Positions 13,001 to 24,233 of a stretch of 64,000 bases of DNA are shown in pieces. The position numbers were made by a program, and so were the translations under genes. Every line of letters starts with the position of its first letter. The first letter of the stretch is position 1. The notes below the pieces were generated by a model. The model saw nothing but the letters and a program-made list of their open reading frames with translations. It was not told where the DNA came from and made no database searches. The stretch comes from an uncultured Planctomycetota bacterium (GTDB lineage: Bacteria; Planctomycetota; Planctomycetia; Isosphaerales; Isosphaeraceae), in assembly GCA_963737655.1 (NCBI GenBank), contig CAVTTN010000002.1:2976001-3040000 (forward strand). Direction: 5' to 3'.

Positions 13001-16000
13001 GCAACTCGTCGATCGCGAGCAACTCCGGGGGGGACGAGGCGGGCGAGGCGATCGGGGCGACCCTCTTCACCGCGGGCACGTCGGCCCAGGTCCGCGACGG
13101 CGCGTTCCTGAAGGCCGGGGGGGACGTCGGCGTCCACGCGATTGACCACCTGGTCGTCACGGCGAACGTCGGCAACATCTCCGGCGGCTTCGTCGCCGTG
13201 GGCGCCTCGGTCGCGATCGTGAACATCCACAGCCATGTCGAGGCGACGATCGGGAAGGACGTGGAGATCGACGCGCAGGGGGACGTCTCGGTCACCGGCC
13301 TTCTCGTGAAGGACCACGTCGGCTTCACGATCCTCGCCGGCTCCGTAGGCGTGGCGGCCCTCGGGGCGCAGGTGGTCCTGGTCCACGACGACAGCACCCA
13401 GGACGCCTCGATCGGCGAGGACTCGACGATCATCGACGCCGCGAGCGTCCTGGTCGACGCCGCCGCGAACCGGGACGTCGATGGCACGACGCTCGACGCC
13501 AAGATCGGCGGCCTGGCCGTCGGCGTGACCTACGTGGACATCTCTTTGACGGGCTCGACGGCCGCCTCGATCGGCGACGGCGTCCACATCGGCGGCGCGA
13601 ACGGGCGGAGTCCGGTGGGGGACGTCTCGGTCCTGGCCGTCGGGATCAACACCGCGAAGGACGACGCCTTCGCCGTGACGGCCGGGGCGATCAGCGGGGC
13701 CGGGCAGCACGTCTCGGAGGGCATCACGCCGAGCGTCTCGGCGACCGTCGGGAGCGGGGTCGACATCGAAGTCGGCGGCTCGATCCTCGTCGACGCGGTC
13801 TCGTCCGGGGACGCATCGGCCCACCTGTTCAACGCGACCATCGGCGTGATCGCCGTGACCGTGATGACGTCCGACGTCACGGTCTCGCCGACGGTCGTGG
13901 CGGCGGTCGGCCCGGCCACCCTGCTCCAGGCCGGCGGCTCGATCGACGTGGCCGGCTCGCACGACTTCGGCCCGAACGGGGCGCTGACGTCCCTCGGGGC
14001 CCACGCGATGAGCCAGGCCCCGGGCGGCGGCGGGATCACCGGCACAGGCGTCGCCCCCCAGGCGATCGCCGACGCCACGGTCGTCGCCTCGGTCGCCGAC
14101 GGGACGGCCCTCAAGGCCGGCGATCGGGTCTCGGTGACGTCCTCGCTCTCGAACAATGCCGACGCCCAGAGCGATTCGGCGTCGCTCGGGGCCCTGGGCG
14201 TGGGCGTGAGCCTCGCCACCGCCGAGGCCGACGGCTCCTCGACCGCCCGGCTCGATGGCGACGTCCTCCAGGCGGGCGACGTCCGGGTCGTGTCGCTCGG
14301 GTCGAACCACGCGGACGCCGAGGCCACCGCCGTGGGGGCCTCCGGGGTGATGTCGGCCGAGGGGGCGTCCGCCTCCGCCGACGCCTCGCCCGTCCTCCTG
14401 GCGAGGATCGGCGGCGGGCCCGGCGGATCGATCGTCCACGCGGGAGGGGACGTCCAGGTCTCGTCCGCGTCCGCGTCCCACGCCTCGGCGGTCGGGCATT
14501 CCGTCGCCATCGGCGGCCTGTTCTCGCTGGGCCTGGTCGCCAGCGACGCGAAGGTCGATCCGAAGGTCTCCGCCACGGTCGGCGGGGGATCCACGATCAC
14601 CACGCCGGGCGGCTCGATCGACGTCTCGGCGTCGCACGACTCGGGCCCGGGGCCCTGGCCAGGGCGTCCGCCCCGGGGGGCGGCCTGGCGGGCTTCAACG
14701 GGGCCTCCCCCACGGCCGACGCCTCGGCGATCGTCACGGCGAGCGTGGCCGAGGGGGCGACCCTGGACGCCGGCGGGGACGTCGCGATCACCGCCACTTC
14801 AAATAACGAGGCGACCACCGTGGCCTCGTCGTTCACCATCGGGATCGTCTCCTCGTTCGGCACGTCGGTGGCCACCGCCACGGCGGACGGGCAGACCTCG
14901 GCCCTCCTCGACGGCGACGTGACCGGGGGCCTGGACCTGGCCGTCCTCGCCTCGGGGACGAACGTCGCGGGGACGAACGCCGAGGCCGTCGGCGGCGGGC
15001 TCGTCGCGGGCAACGGGGCGATCAGCACCGCGACGGCGGCCCCCGTGAACCTCGCGAGGATCGGCGACGACTCGGCCCCGTCCCATGTCTCCGTCCTGGT
15101 CGACGTGACCCTCGGGGCCTCGTCGATCGCGACCGCCGAGAGCCACGGGGTGGCCGTGACCGGCGCCCTGGCGATCGGGATCGGCGTGGTCCTGTCGACC
15201 GCGACGACCACGCCCACGACCACGTCCTCCGTCGGGGCGTTCTCCTCCATCGACGCGATGCGAGGCTCGATCGACGTCTTCGCCCATCACAACATCGACG
15301 ATCGCCCCGGGGCCGTGGCCACGGCGCAGGCCCCCGGGTTCAGCGGGGCGGCCTCGGCGAACGGGGCGGTCCCGACGGCGACCAGCACGGCGACCACCCG
15401 CTCCCTCGTGGCCCATCGCTCGAAGCTCTCGGCCGGGCGGGACGTCACGATCGACTCGGTCGCCACCGGGGGCGCCTCGTCCACGGCCGACGCCCTCTCG
15501 GGCGCGTTCGGTGTGGCCTTCGGCGCCTCGATCGTCCACGCCACCTCCAACGGGACGACCCGGACGATCATGGACGGCCTGATCACCGATGCGCAGGACG
15601 TCACGATCGGCGCCGAGGCCACCGATGCCGTCGTCGCCGACGGCGCCTCGGCTTCGTTCGGGGTGCTCGCCGGGCTCTCGGGCGTCCTGGTCGACGCGAC
15701 CCTCCTACCGACGACGGTCGCCCGTGTGGGCGATTCCTCCGCGTCGGGGGCGATCGTCGCCGAGAAGGACGTCCTGGTCCGGGCGACTGCGCTCGACACC
15801 TCGAAGGCGACGGCCCACGCCGAGGCCGGCGGGGCGCTCGGGTTCGGGCTGGCCTCGGCCACCGCGACGGCCTCGCCCGAGGTGGGCGCGGTCCTCGGCG
15901 ATGGCTCCTCGATCGGCACCCTCGGCTCGATCACCATCGTCGCGGACCTGGATCTCCCCCACGTCGGCGAGACCGCAGGGGCCTCCGCCCAGTCGCCCGG

Positions 16001-19000
16001 CGCCGGCCTGGTCTCAGGCGACGGCGCCCTGGCCGATGCCGAGGCAAAGCCGCACGTGTACGCCCTGGCCGACACGCTCTCGACCCTGACCGCGGGGTCG
16101 GAGGTCAGCGTGATCGGGAGGTCGAGGACGCTCAGCGACGCCTCCACCGACGCCGTCTCGTTCGGCCTCGCCGCGATCGGGGCGGCCGTGGCCTCCGCCG
16201 AATCGAGCGCCCAGACCTCGGCCTCCGCGCTGGGGAAGACCGTGGATGGCGGGTCCCTGCTCGTCTCCTCGGCGGGACGGGACGTCTCCTCCTCGACCGC
16301 CCAGGCCACGACCGGCGGGTTCCTGCTCTCGCTCGACGGGGCGGCGGCGAAGGCGATCGTGAACCCGTCCTCGACGGCGACCCTGGGCGCCGACGACGGG
16401 TCCTCGACGGCCATTCTGAACGGTCCCGCCTCCGTGACGGCCCACGAGACGGCCTCCGCCGACGCGAAGGGCGGCAGCTCCTCGCTGGGCGGGTTTGCGG
16501 CCGTGGGCCTGGTCTCGACCCATGCGGACGTGACCCCGACGATCGACGCCGGGCTCGGCTCGGGGACGACCTTGAAGACCACGGGGGGCGACGTCGTCGT
16601 CTCCGCGACCTTCGACGACGGGGCCGGCGGGTCGACCGCTTCGGCCGACGGGACGACGCTCAGCGGGGGGATCAGCGCGATCAGCACGGCCGCCGAGGCG
16701 ACGGTCGCCCCGGTCGTGACGGCCCACGGCGGTCCCGGGGCGACGGTGAACGCGGGAGGGGCCGTCACGTTCCTGGCGGACTCGAAGGAGGACGCCTCCG
16801 CCAGGTCCGGCGAGCTGGCCGGCTCGCTCTTCCTGGCCGTCGGCGGCTCGGGCGCCACGACGACCCTGGGCGGATCGACGAAGGCGAGCGCCGACGGACT
16901 GGCCGAGCTGCTCGCCGCGGGCCCCCTGGAGGTCCGGGCGAATGACGCCGGGTCCGCGAACAGCCATGCGACGGCCCTCGGCGGCGGGCTATTCGTCGGC
17001 GCCTCGGGGGCCTCCGCCTCCGCCACCACCAACCGCCAGGTCGGGGCCGTCCTCGGGGCGTTCCTGGTCCTCGCCGACTCGGTGGGCATCGATGCGTCGG
17101 CCGACGACAGGGCCATGACTCTGGCCGACGGAGTGGCCGTTGGCGGCCTCGGCGCGGTCGGGACGTCCGCCGCCACCTCGATCGCGAACACGACCGTCCT
17201 AGCCTCGCTCGATGACGACACCTCGATCGACACCCCCGGCGTCCTCCTCGTCGACGCGACCGGCGCGAACGAGGCGGACGGCACCGCCAACACCAGCGCG
17301 GGCGGGTCCGTCGGCGTCGACGCGACCCACGTCGCCCTGATCGGGACGATCGACGTCCGCGCCAACCTCGGCAAGGGAAGCTTCGTCCACGCCCTGGAGA
17401 TCGGCGTGGCGGCGGACTCGACCAACGACGCGAACGGGTTCGCCGACGGCCAGGCCGGCGGGCTCGTCGGGGCGGGATCGCAGAAGACATTCGCCGACCT
17501 CTACGACACCACGGTGGCCGACGTGGGCGACGCGACGAAGGCCGACCCGACCTTCCTTCAGGGCACCTTCGGGATCGCGATCACGGCCCACGGCAAGAGC
17601 GACGGGATCGCCGACACCGTCGGCGGCAACGGCGGGCTCCTCGGGTCGGGCGGCGGGGCGCAGGGCGAGTTCCTGATCCACTCGCCGACGGTCACGGCCC
17701 GGGTCGGGGACGAGGCCCACCTCGTCACCCTGGGCGACCTGACCATGACGGCCTCCGACGACCTCACCCCCTACGCCCACACCGACCAGCACGGCGCGGG
17801 AGGGATCTCGACCCAGGAGGCCTCCTCCGACGCCGAGGTCCTCGGCGAGGCCCTGCTCGTCGAGATCGGCCGGGACGTGGAGGCGGACGTCCAGTCGCTC
17901 TTCGCCCAGGCCCGGCAGGCGGACGTGGACGTGATCGCCTATGCGATCTCCGACGTCCCGGTCGCGGCCGCCGGGTTCAGCCATGCGTACGCGACGGCCA
18001 ATGCCTACACCTCGTCCACCGTCCACATCGCGGCCGGGGTGACGATCGACGCCACGTCCGGCGTGATCCTCGACGCCTCGGGACCCAACAACACCTTCAC
18101 CAGCGCGTATGCCGAGGCCGACGTGGTCGGCATCCCGATCCCCGTGGCCTCGGCGGAGGCCACGAGCGAGAAGCACAGCACGGACTGCGTGATCGTCGAT
18201 GCCTCGGCCACGATCACCACCCCGACGCTCGACATCAACGCCGGGGCCAGCCCGCCGCTCGGCCCGGATGACGGCTATTCCAAGGGGACCCACACGAACG
18301 TCGATGGCGTGAAGAGCGACGGGACGACCGGGCCGGGCTCGCAGACGAATTTCGCCTGCGTGGACCTGAACGCCGACCTCTTCTTCGACCCCGCCTCGTC
18401 CCACACCCTCCTGCTCGGGTCGCAGGGCCTGATCGCCGACTCCACCGGCCTCCTGATCGAGGACGGGGACGGCCTGAAGTCCATCGGGGACACGCTCACC
18501 GGCCCGTTCACCGTCCACACGCAGAAGAGCAAGAAGTCCGGCGGGACGCTGAAGGTCCACGCCACCGACGGCCAGACGATGGGGCATTCGACGATCCACT
18601 ACAACCCGTTCGGCAGCCTGGAGCTGCTCAACGGCACCTTCTTCCCGATGACCATCACCGGCCTGGACACCTTCGATAACACGCCGACCGACATCGTCCA
18701 CGAGGGCGACCCCTCGATGCTGGATTGGACTTACGACCTCGTCTCCCGGCCCGCACCCACCACGGTGACCATCGACAGCTTCGACCCGGGGAACATCATC
18801 CTCGCCGGGCCGATCGTGGCCCCGACGGCCGACGTCTCGATCTCGGTGGGCCACGGGGACCTCGTCGTCTCCCCGCCCGCGACCTCGGGCGCGCCGGACC
18901 CGACGATCCTGGCCAGGTCGCTCTCGATCGACGTCCCGTCCGGGGCGATCGGCGACGCCACCCGTCGCCTGGGCGTCGAGTTCGCCGCCGACGCGAGCGG

Positions 19001-20681
19001 CACCTCGGGCTTCGGCCACGTCTCCGCGGATCGCGGGGCTTTCCTCAACACGACGTTCGGCGCGGTCGCCGGTCCGGCGGACTTCTCGATCGGCGACATC
19101 CACTCGGCCTCGGGTCCGGTGGACGTGGCGATCGGCGACGGCGAGGCCGGCACCGCTCTCACCCCGACGGATGCGAGGTGGCATGTCGGAGCGATCGACT
19201 CCGGCACGTCCGACGTCACGCTCCGATTCGGCCAGGACCGGAGCCTGGAGAACGACGTGATCCTGGAAGGAGCGATCCGGGCCCCCCTGGGCCATGTGAC
19301 GGTCCAGACGGCGAACGGCGAGATCACGTCGTCGGGTCCCGGCCAGGTGATCGGCGCCCTCGGGATCGCCCTGGACGGGTCGGCCATCGGGACCCACGAG
19401 TCGCCGATCCTGATCGACATGACCCCTCCCGCGACCGACCCGACCGGCGGCCCGGCGCCCTCCGGGGTCCTCGACGGCCTCGCGGGGGACCGAGGCGGGT
19501 TCTTCGCCCGATCGATCGGCGGGCCGATCCGGGTCGGCGACATCCAGGCCCCCCGCGCCGGGGACGTCGAGCTGACGAGCACCGACACCCCGGAGCCGGG
19601 CGACGACATCACGCTGGCCACGAGCCTGGGCCGGATCTCCGCCCCCCACGGGAACGTCGTCCTCGACGCCGGGGATGATTTCTTCCTCGCCGACGGCGAC
19701 TCGATCCAGGCGCTGGGCGACGTGACCATCCGGGGCGACGTCGGCGATGCCGACCCCGGAGTCGGCTCGATCATGGAGATCGACGGCGACATCGCCGGCG
19801 CCACGCTCCTGGTCTTCGGGGGGGCGGACGGCGATTCCGTGGCCCTCCGGAAGCTCGCGGCCGGCCTCTCCGCGACGATCGCGACCGGCGAGGGGGACGA
19901 CTCGATCTTCGTCGGGTCGATGGCCACGGCCACGCCCGACGCCCCGGGCCGTCCGGTGTCCGTGAAGAACGGCGGCGACCTCCAGAGCATCCTCGGGTCG
20001 CTGACGGTCGACGCCGGGCCCGCCACGTGGGCCGCGGGCGGACACGATCGCCTGGTCCTGGAGGCCGACGGCGACCGCCAGGGCAGACAGGTCTCGATCG
20101 ACGGCCGGACGGTCGCCGGGCTGACCGGCGGACGCCTCCCCGATCGGGGCGGGCCGGGCTACGGCTTCAACCCGATCACTTATCTGAATATCGAGGCCCT
20201 GGATATCCTGCTGGGAAAGGGCGATGATACGATTGACCTGACGGCGATCGACCCCGAGACGGCGACCACGATCGACGGCGGCGATGGCGACGACCTGTTC
20301 CGGGTCGGAGCCATCGGCTCGACCGATGCGACGGTGCCCTCTCCGGTCCTCCTGGGCGGTCCGGGCTCGAACACGATCCAGGGGCCCGACTCGAACAACG
20401 CCTGGAGGATCATCGGGGTCGATGGCGGTGTGGTCGCCGGCCCGAACGCCTTCTCCTTCGGCTCGATCGGGAGCCTGAAGGGCGGCCGGCTCGACGACGT
20501 CTTCGCCTTCGACGACGGGGCGACGCTGGACGGCTCGATCGACGGCGGGGCCGGCACCAACGCCCTGGACTATTCCCTGTACACGACCCCGGTCGAGGTC
20601 GACCTGGCGGCCGGGACGGCGACCGGCGTCGCCGGCGGGGTGGCGAACATCACGTCGGTGGTCTACCCGAAGAAGAAATGA
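1014..20681 (+). CDS. Giant (~6,550 aa) secreted Ala/Gly/Ser/Thr/Val-rich beta-strand-repeat protein, filamentous adhesin/LktA-like; split by three -1 frameshifts (~4130, ~6050, ~14650)
   Basis: ATG 1014 is followed by RRFAGLGIEALESRTLLA (planctomycete export motif). ORFs 900-4172, 4142-6058, 6067-14922 and 14745-20681 continue the same GASVAVN/AGALAxD repeat style, each shifted by one missing base at a G run. The C-terminus has GGDGDDLF and IDGGAGTNALDYS Ca-binding-like motifs. Confidence 0.85.
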
Positions 20682-20687
20682 ACATCC

Positions 20688-20723
20688 CCCGGATGCCGTC
20701 GGGTTGGCCCGACGGCATCCGGG
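20688..20723 (+). terminator. Perfect 16-bp stem hairpin just after the giant gene
   Basis: cccggatgccgtcggg-ttgg-cccgacggcatccggg, 6 nt after the stop codon; no U-tract. Confidence 0.55.
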
Positions 20724-20782
20724 ACGAGCAGCGTCCCCCGTGCCCAGACCCGGCTCCTCGCCCATCCAGGAAGGGAAATCTC

Positions 20783-21619
20783 ATGCCTCTGGCAATCGAC
20801 CGACGGCCCGTGCGCCTCGCCCTCCTCGCCATCGCAGCGACCCTCGGCGGGGCGGCGAGGGCCGACACGATCGACGTGGCGGTGCTCTACGCGGACGTCG
20901 ACTTCCCCGCGGGGAATAACTCGGTGGAGGGCCTCCAGGCGAAACTCCTGGCCACCGGCCTCTTCGGCAATGTCGACCTGATCTCGGTCAGCGACCCGGG
21001 CAGCACGCCCTCGCTCGCGACCCTGAATCACTACGCCTCGGTCCTCTCCTACACGAACTACCCGCTCGACGACCCGACGGCGCTGGGCGACGTCCTGGCC
21101 GATTACGCCGATGGGGGCCGGGGGGTCGTCCTGGCGGCCTACGGCCTGGGGGACGCCTCGGTCCCGTTCGGGTCCACCGGGTTCGCGGGCCGGATCACGA
21201 CGCCCGGCTACTCCCCTCTGGTCGTCTCGGGGGACCTCTCGGACCTCGACGGCGCCCTGACGGCCCTGGTCCCGGGCGACCCGGTCTTCGCCGGGGTCGA
21301 TCTGGCGGGGCTGACGTACTACCACGACGCCTCGTTCGGCATGCCCGCGCTCGACGCCGGGGCGACCCTCCTCGCGACCGACGGTTCCGGCGTGAACCTA
21401 CTCGCCCGGAGCGCCAGCGGCCGGGTGATCGGGCTGAACCTGTTCCCCGGCACCGACCCGGCCGGGAACAACGACGCCTTCTATGCCCTCCTGGGCAACA
21501 CCCTGAAGGACGTGGCGCCGGTCCAGGCCGTGCCCGAGCCGGCGTCCCTCACTCTGATCGGCCTGGGCGCCGCAGGCCTACTCGCCCGTGCCCCGATCCG
21601 CCGGCGGCGGCCTGTCTGA
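20783..21619 (+). CDS. PEP-CTERM sorting-domain secreted protein
   Basis: Signal peptide RRPVRLALLAIAATLGGAARA; C-terminal VPEPASLTLIGLGAAGLLA..RRRR; purine-rich RBS before ATG 20783. Confidence 0.9.
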   Translation: MPLAIDRRPVRLALLAIAATLGGAARADTIDVAVLYADVDFPAGNNSVEGLQAKLLATGLFGNVDLISVSDPGSTPSLATLNHYASVLSYTNYPLDDPTALGDVLADYADGGRGVVLAAYGLGDASVPFGSTGFAGRITTPGYSPLVVSGDLSDLDGALTALVPGDPVFAGVDLAGLTYYHDASFGMPALDAGATLLATDGSGVNLLARSASGRVIGLNLFPGTDPAGNNDAFYALLGNTLKDVAPVQAVPEPASLTLIGLGAAGLLARAPIRRRRPV

Positions 21620-21734
21620 AGCCAAGGAGGTCCCCCCGGGCCGGTTCGGTGCGGGGTGTCCCCGGCCGAGAAGAGGGACGCCCCCGGAAATCATGAGACC
21701 CCGTTCTCCGCCTGGGGTTCCTCCGAAGGATTTC

Positions 21735-21774
21735 AAGGGCCCGCGTCCCCTGGGGACGCGAGCCCTTTCCTGTT
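21735..21774 (+). terminator. Rho-independent terminator-like hairpin
   Basis: aagggcccgcgtcccc-t-ggggacgcgagccctt followed by tcctgtt, downstream of the PEP-CTERM gene. Confidence 0.55.
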
Positions 21775-22109
21775 GGCGGCGTGCGGCCTGGGGCCGGGCG
21801 GGATCGGGTTTTACAGCCCCTCCGGTTCACGAGACCCAACCAACGCGGTGCGGCCGACCGCCACCGCCCCCGTCCTCCTCCCCGTCCCGACCGGTCCGGG
21901 CCGGGAAAGGGGGATGGAGGACGGCCGGAGGCCGCGCCGTGCTGGCGGATCTCAGGCGCCCGAGGGGACCGTCCAACTGCATCGATTTTCATAAATTTAA
22001 TATGAAATAAAATTTTAACTATGCTTGCAAGCATTACATGATCTTGATCCGATCGTGAATCTCCCGGGAGTGACGTAACCGGGCGTCCCCCCAAGGATCG
22101 AGCCGCCGG

Positions 22110-22900
22110 GCCGTCGCCAGGGCCCCGCCCAGTCCGATGCCCGGCTCCCGTCCGAGGAGGTCGGAGCGGTTTCGGAGCACGTCGCCGAGGGCCGCGGCAT
22201 CCGCCAGACCGGCCGGCTCCACCGGCTCGCCCTTAATATCGTCAACAGGTACGGCCGGATCGCAGGCGGGCACGCCCGAGCCACCCTTGACGAACTCGCG
22301 GCGCCTCCCCCCGACGACCGAGGTCCACTCCGATGAGGAGCGAACCCTAGTCGCCAAGAAGAAGGAGGCTGACTGCGACCGCACCGACCCGGCCGACGAC
22401 CACAAGGGAGATAACTGGGACCACGTCGGCTCGGGCACGGAGCACAAGCTGGTCGTCGCCGTCGTGCCGGGGGCGAGGGCCGTCGAGGACCTCGTCGCCG
22501 ACTTCCGCCACCGGACCGGGGGCCGGGTCAGGGGCCCGATGACCAGCGACGACCATCCGCCCAAAAGACGGCGGCCCTCCGCGCCGACAGCGAGACGGTC
22601 ACGCCGCCCCGAACCGGGGGCCGGTGTGGCCCAAGGCCCCGTACCAGGCCGTGCCGTCGGGCCTGACGTTACGCGACGGTGGCCGAGCGGCGTGAGAAGG
22701 GCCAGGTGGTCGAGGCCGGCACGCCGGAGGTCTTCGGGACCGTGGCGGCGGTGCTCCTGGCCTTGGGGGTGTCGATGGTGAGCCGGGCGGTCGTCGCGGC
22801 GGTCGTGGAGCGGGAGGACGGGACGGCCCGGCACCGCGACGCGTAAGGCCGGAGGGCCTCTCGGTTCTCGAAGGGCTGGCGCCATCACCAGGCGGTCACC
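22110..22900 (+). pseudogene. Degenerate IS1-family (planctomycete-type) transposase remnant, cut by the IS5 element
   Basis: Pieces in several frames: DARLPSEEV..EHVAEGRGIRQTGRL; EVHSDE..VAKK..DDHKGDNWDHV..EHKLVVAVVPGAR..LVADFRHRTGGR..MTSDD; VEREDGTARHRDA*..RFSKGWRHHQAVT. Contains frameshifts and a stop. Confidence 0.75.
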
Positions 22901-22903
22901 TAA

Positions 22904-23847
22904 GAAACTATCTCAGAACCCAAGGCCATTCGGCTTCGTAACTTGAGGTGTAGAGGTCACCTCAGGAGAAGCAGCCGTGGGACGGACGAAGCGTCAGATC
23001 AAGCCTCTGGAGACCATCTGGGAGGTCCCCGACCGCCTCTGGCGGAGGATCGAGCCGATCCTCCTGGAGGACGCCCCTCCGCCGCCCAAGGAGCACGGCG
23101 GCCGGCCCCGCATCGACTTCCGGGCCGCCTTCAACGGGATCATCTTCCGCCTCCGCAGCGGATGCCAGTGGAACCGGTTGCCCAAAGAGTTCGGCGACGA
23201 CAGCTCGGTGCACCGATGGTTCCAGCGGTGGTGCAGGAACGGCGTCTTCGAGAAGGTGTGGGCCGTGCTGGTCGGGGAGTGTGAGGAGCTCGGGGCGGTC
23301 CAGTGGAAGTGGCAGGCGGCCGACGGGATGCTGGGCAAGGCCCGGTTCGGGGGGGGAAAAGACGGGCAAGAACCCCACCGATCGGGGCAAGAAGGGGACC
23401 AAGAAGAGCGTGCTGGTCGATCAGGACGGCGGCCCGCTGGGGGCGACGATCGCCGGGGCCAACGTCCCCGATTGCAAGCTGCTGGATGAGACGATCGAGG
23501 CCGTGGTGGTCGATCGGCCCGATCCCGAAAAGGTCGAGCAGAACCTCTGCCTGGACGCCGGGTACGACAACCCGAGTGGGCGTGCGGCGGTCGAGAAGCA
23601 TGGCTACGTCGGCCACATCCGCCCGGTGTACGAGGACCGGCGGCCGAAGAGGAGGCGGGGTCGTCGCAAGGCCCGCCGCTGGGTCGTCGAGCGGACGCTG
23701 TCCTGGCTGTCGAGGTGCCGGGCGTTGTTGGTCCGCTACGACAAGCATGCGGAGAACTACCTGGGCCTGCTCCAGTTGGCCTGTGGCCTGCTCTGGTATC
23801 GCAGGCTTCACAGACTCAAGGCTGCATGACGGTTCTGAGATAATTTC
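22904..23847 (+). mobile_element. IS5-family insertion sequence (944 bp)
   Basis: 17-bp terminal inverted repeats gaaactatctcagaacc (22904-22920) and ggttctgagataatttc (23831-23847), 1 mismatch; TAA on both sides. Confidence 0.9.
22977..23829 (+). CDS. IS5-family transposase in two frames joined at a G8A4 run (23349-23360)
   Basis: N-part GRPRID..NGIIFRLRSGCQWNRLP..VHRWFQRW; C-part NPTDRGKKGTK..LCLDAGYD..RWVVERTLSWL..RYDK. Confidence 0.88.
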
Positions 23848-24233
23848 TAAGTTCGCACGACTCCCGCCACGCCTTGCGAATCTCGGAACCGGCCTTTTCT
23901 AGCACAGCCTCAGTTAGTGGTGTTTTCCCACTTCACGAGGTCTTCGATGATTTTGAACAGCCGGGCGAGATTCTTGGTCCAGTGACCCTTCGCATGAATG
24001 TTGGGCTCGACGCCGGAGTTCTGACAGCGCCACAGATCCTCGGGATCGTGGACGAGTTGGGCGAAGATGACAGCCCTAGCCGTAGCCACCGGAGGTTGCG
24101 CCCACCATTTATGAAAAGAGGTCGGATATCCTCCTGGTGCTTTTCGCTTCCTGCGAGCGCATTCTTCGTTTATGGAGTCGAGGGGCAGGGCGACCTCGAT
24201 GAGCTTCTTGGGGGAGATCACGCCGTCGGTCAT
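23848..24233 (-). pseudogene. N-terminal fragment of a DUF1156-domain DNA methyltransferase, frameshifted and truncated at the IS5 end
   Basis: [65 protein letters not shown], then in another frame EAVLEKAGSEIRKAWRESCEL up to the IS. The start overlaps the helicase stop. Confidence 0.85.

Noticed and set aside
4120..14660. Programmed frameshifting or phase variation in the giant gene
   Set aside because: The runs are short and the same one-base loss affects many unrelated genes, so sequencing error is more parsimonious.
666..20765. Many long minus-strand ORFs (up to 1,585 aa) opposite the giant gene, and similar ones opposite other genes
   Set aside because: Antisense shadows expected from high-GC codon bias; no recognisable motifs.
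21640..21720. Cobalamin-riboswitch-like words (ggtgc..aagaggga) after the PEP-CTERM gene
   Set aside because: The rest of the conserved core is absent and there is no downstream gene to regulate.
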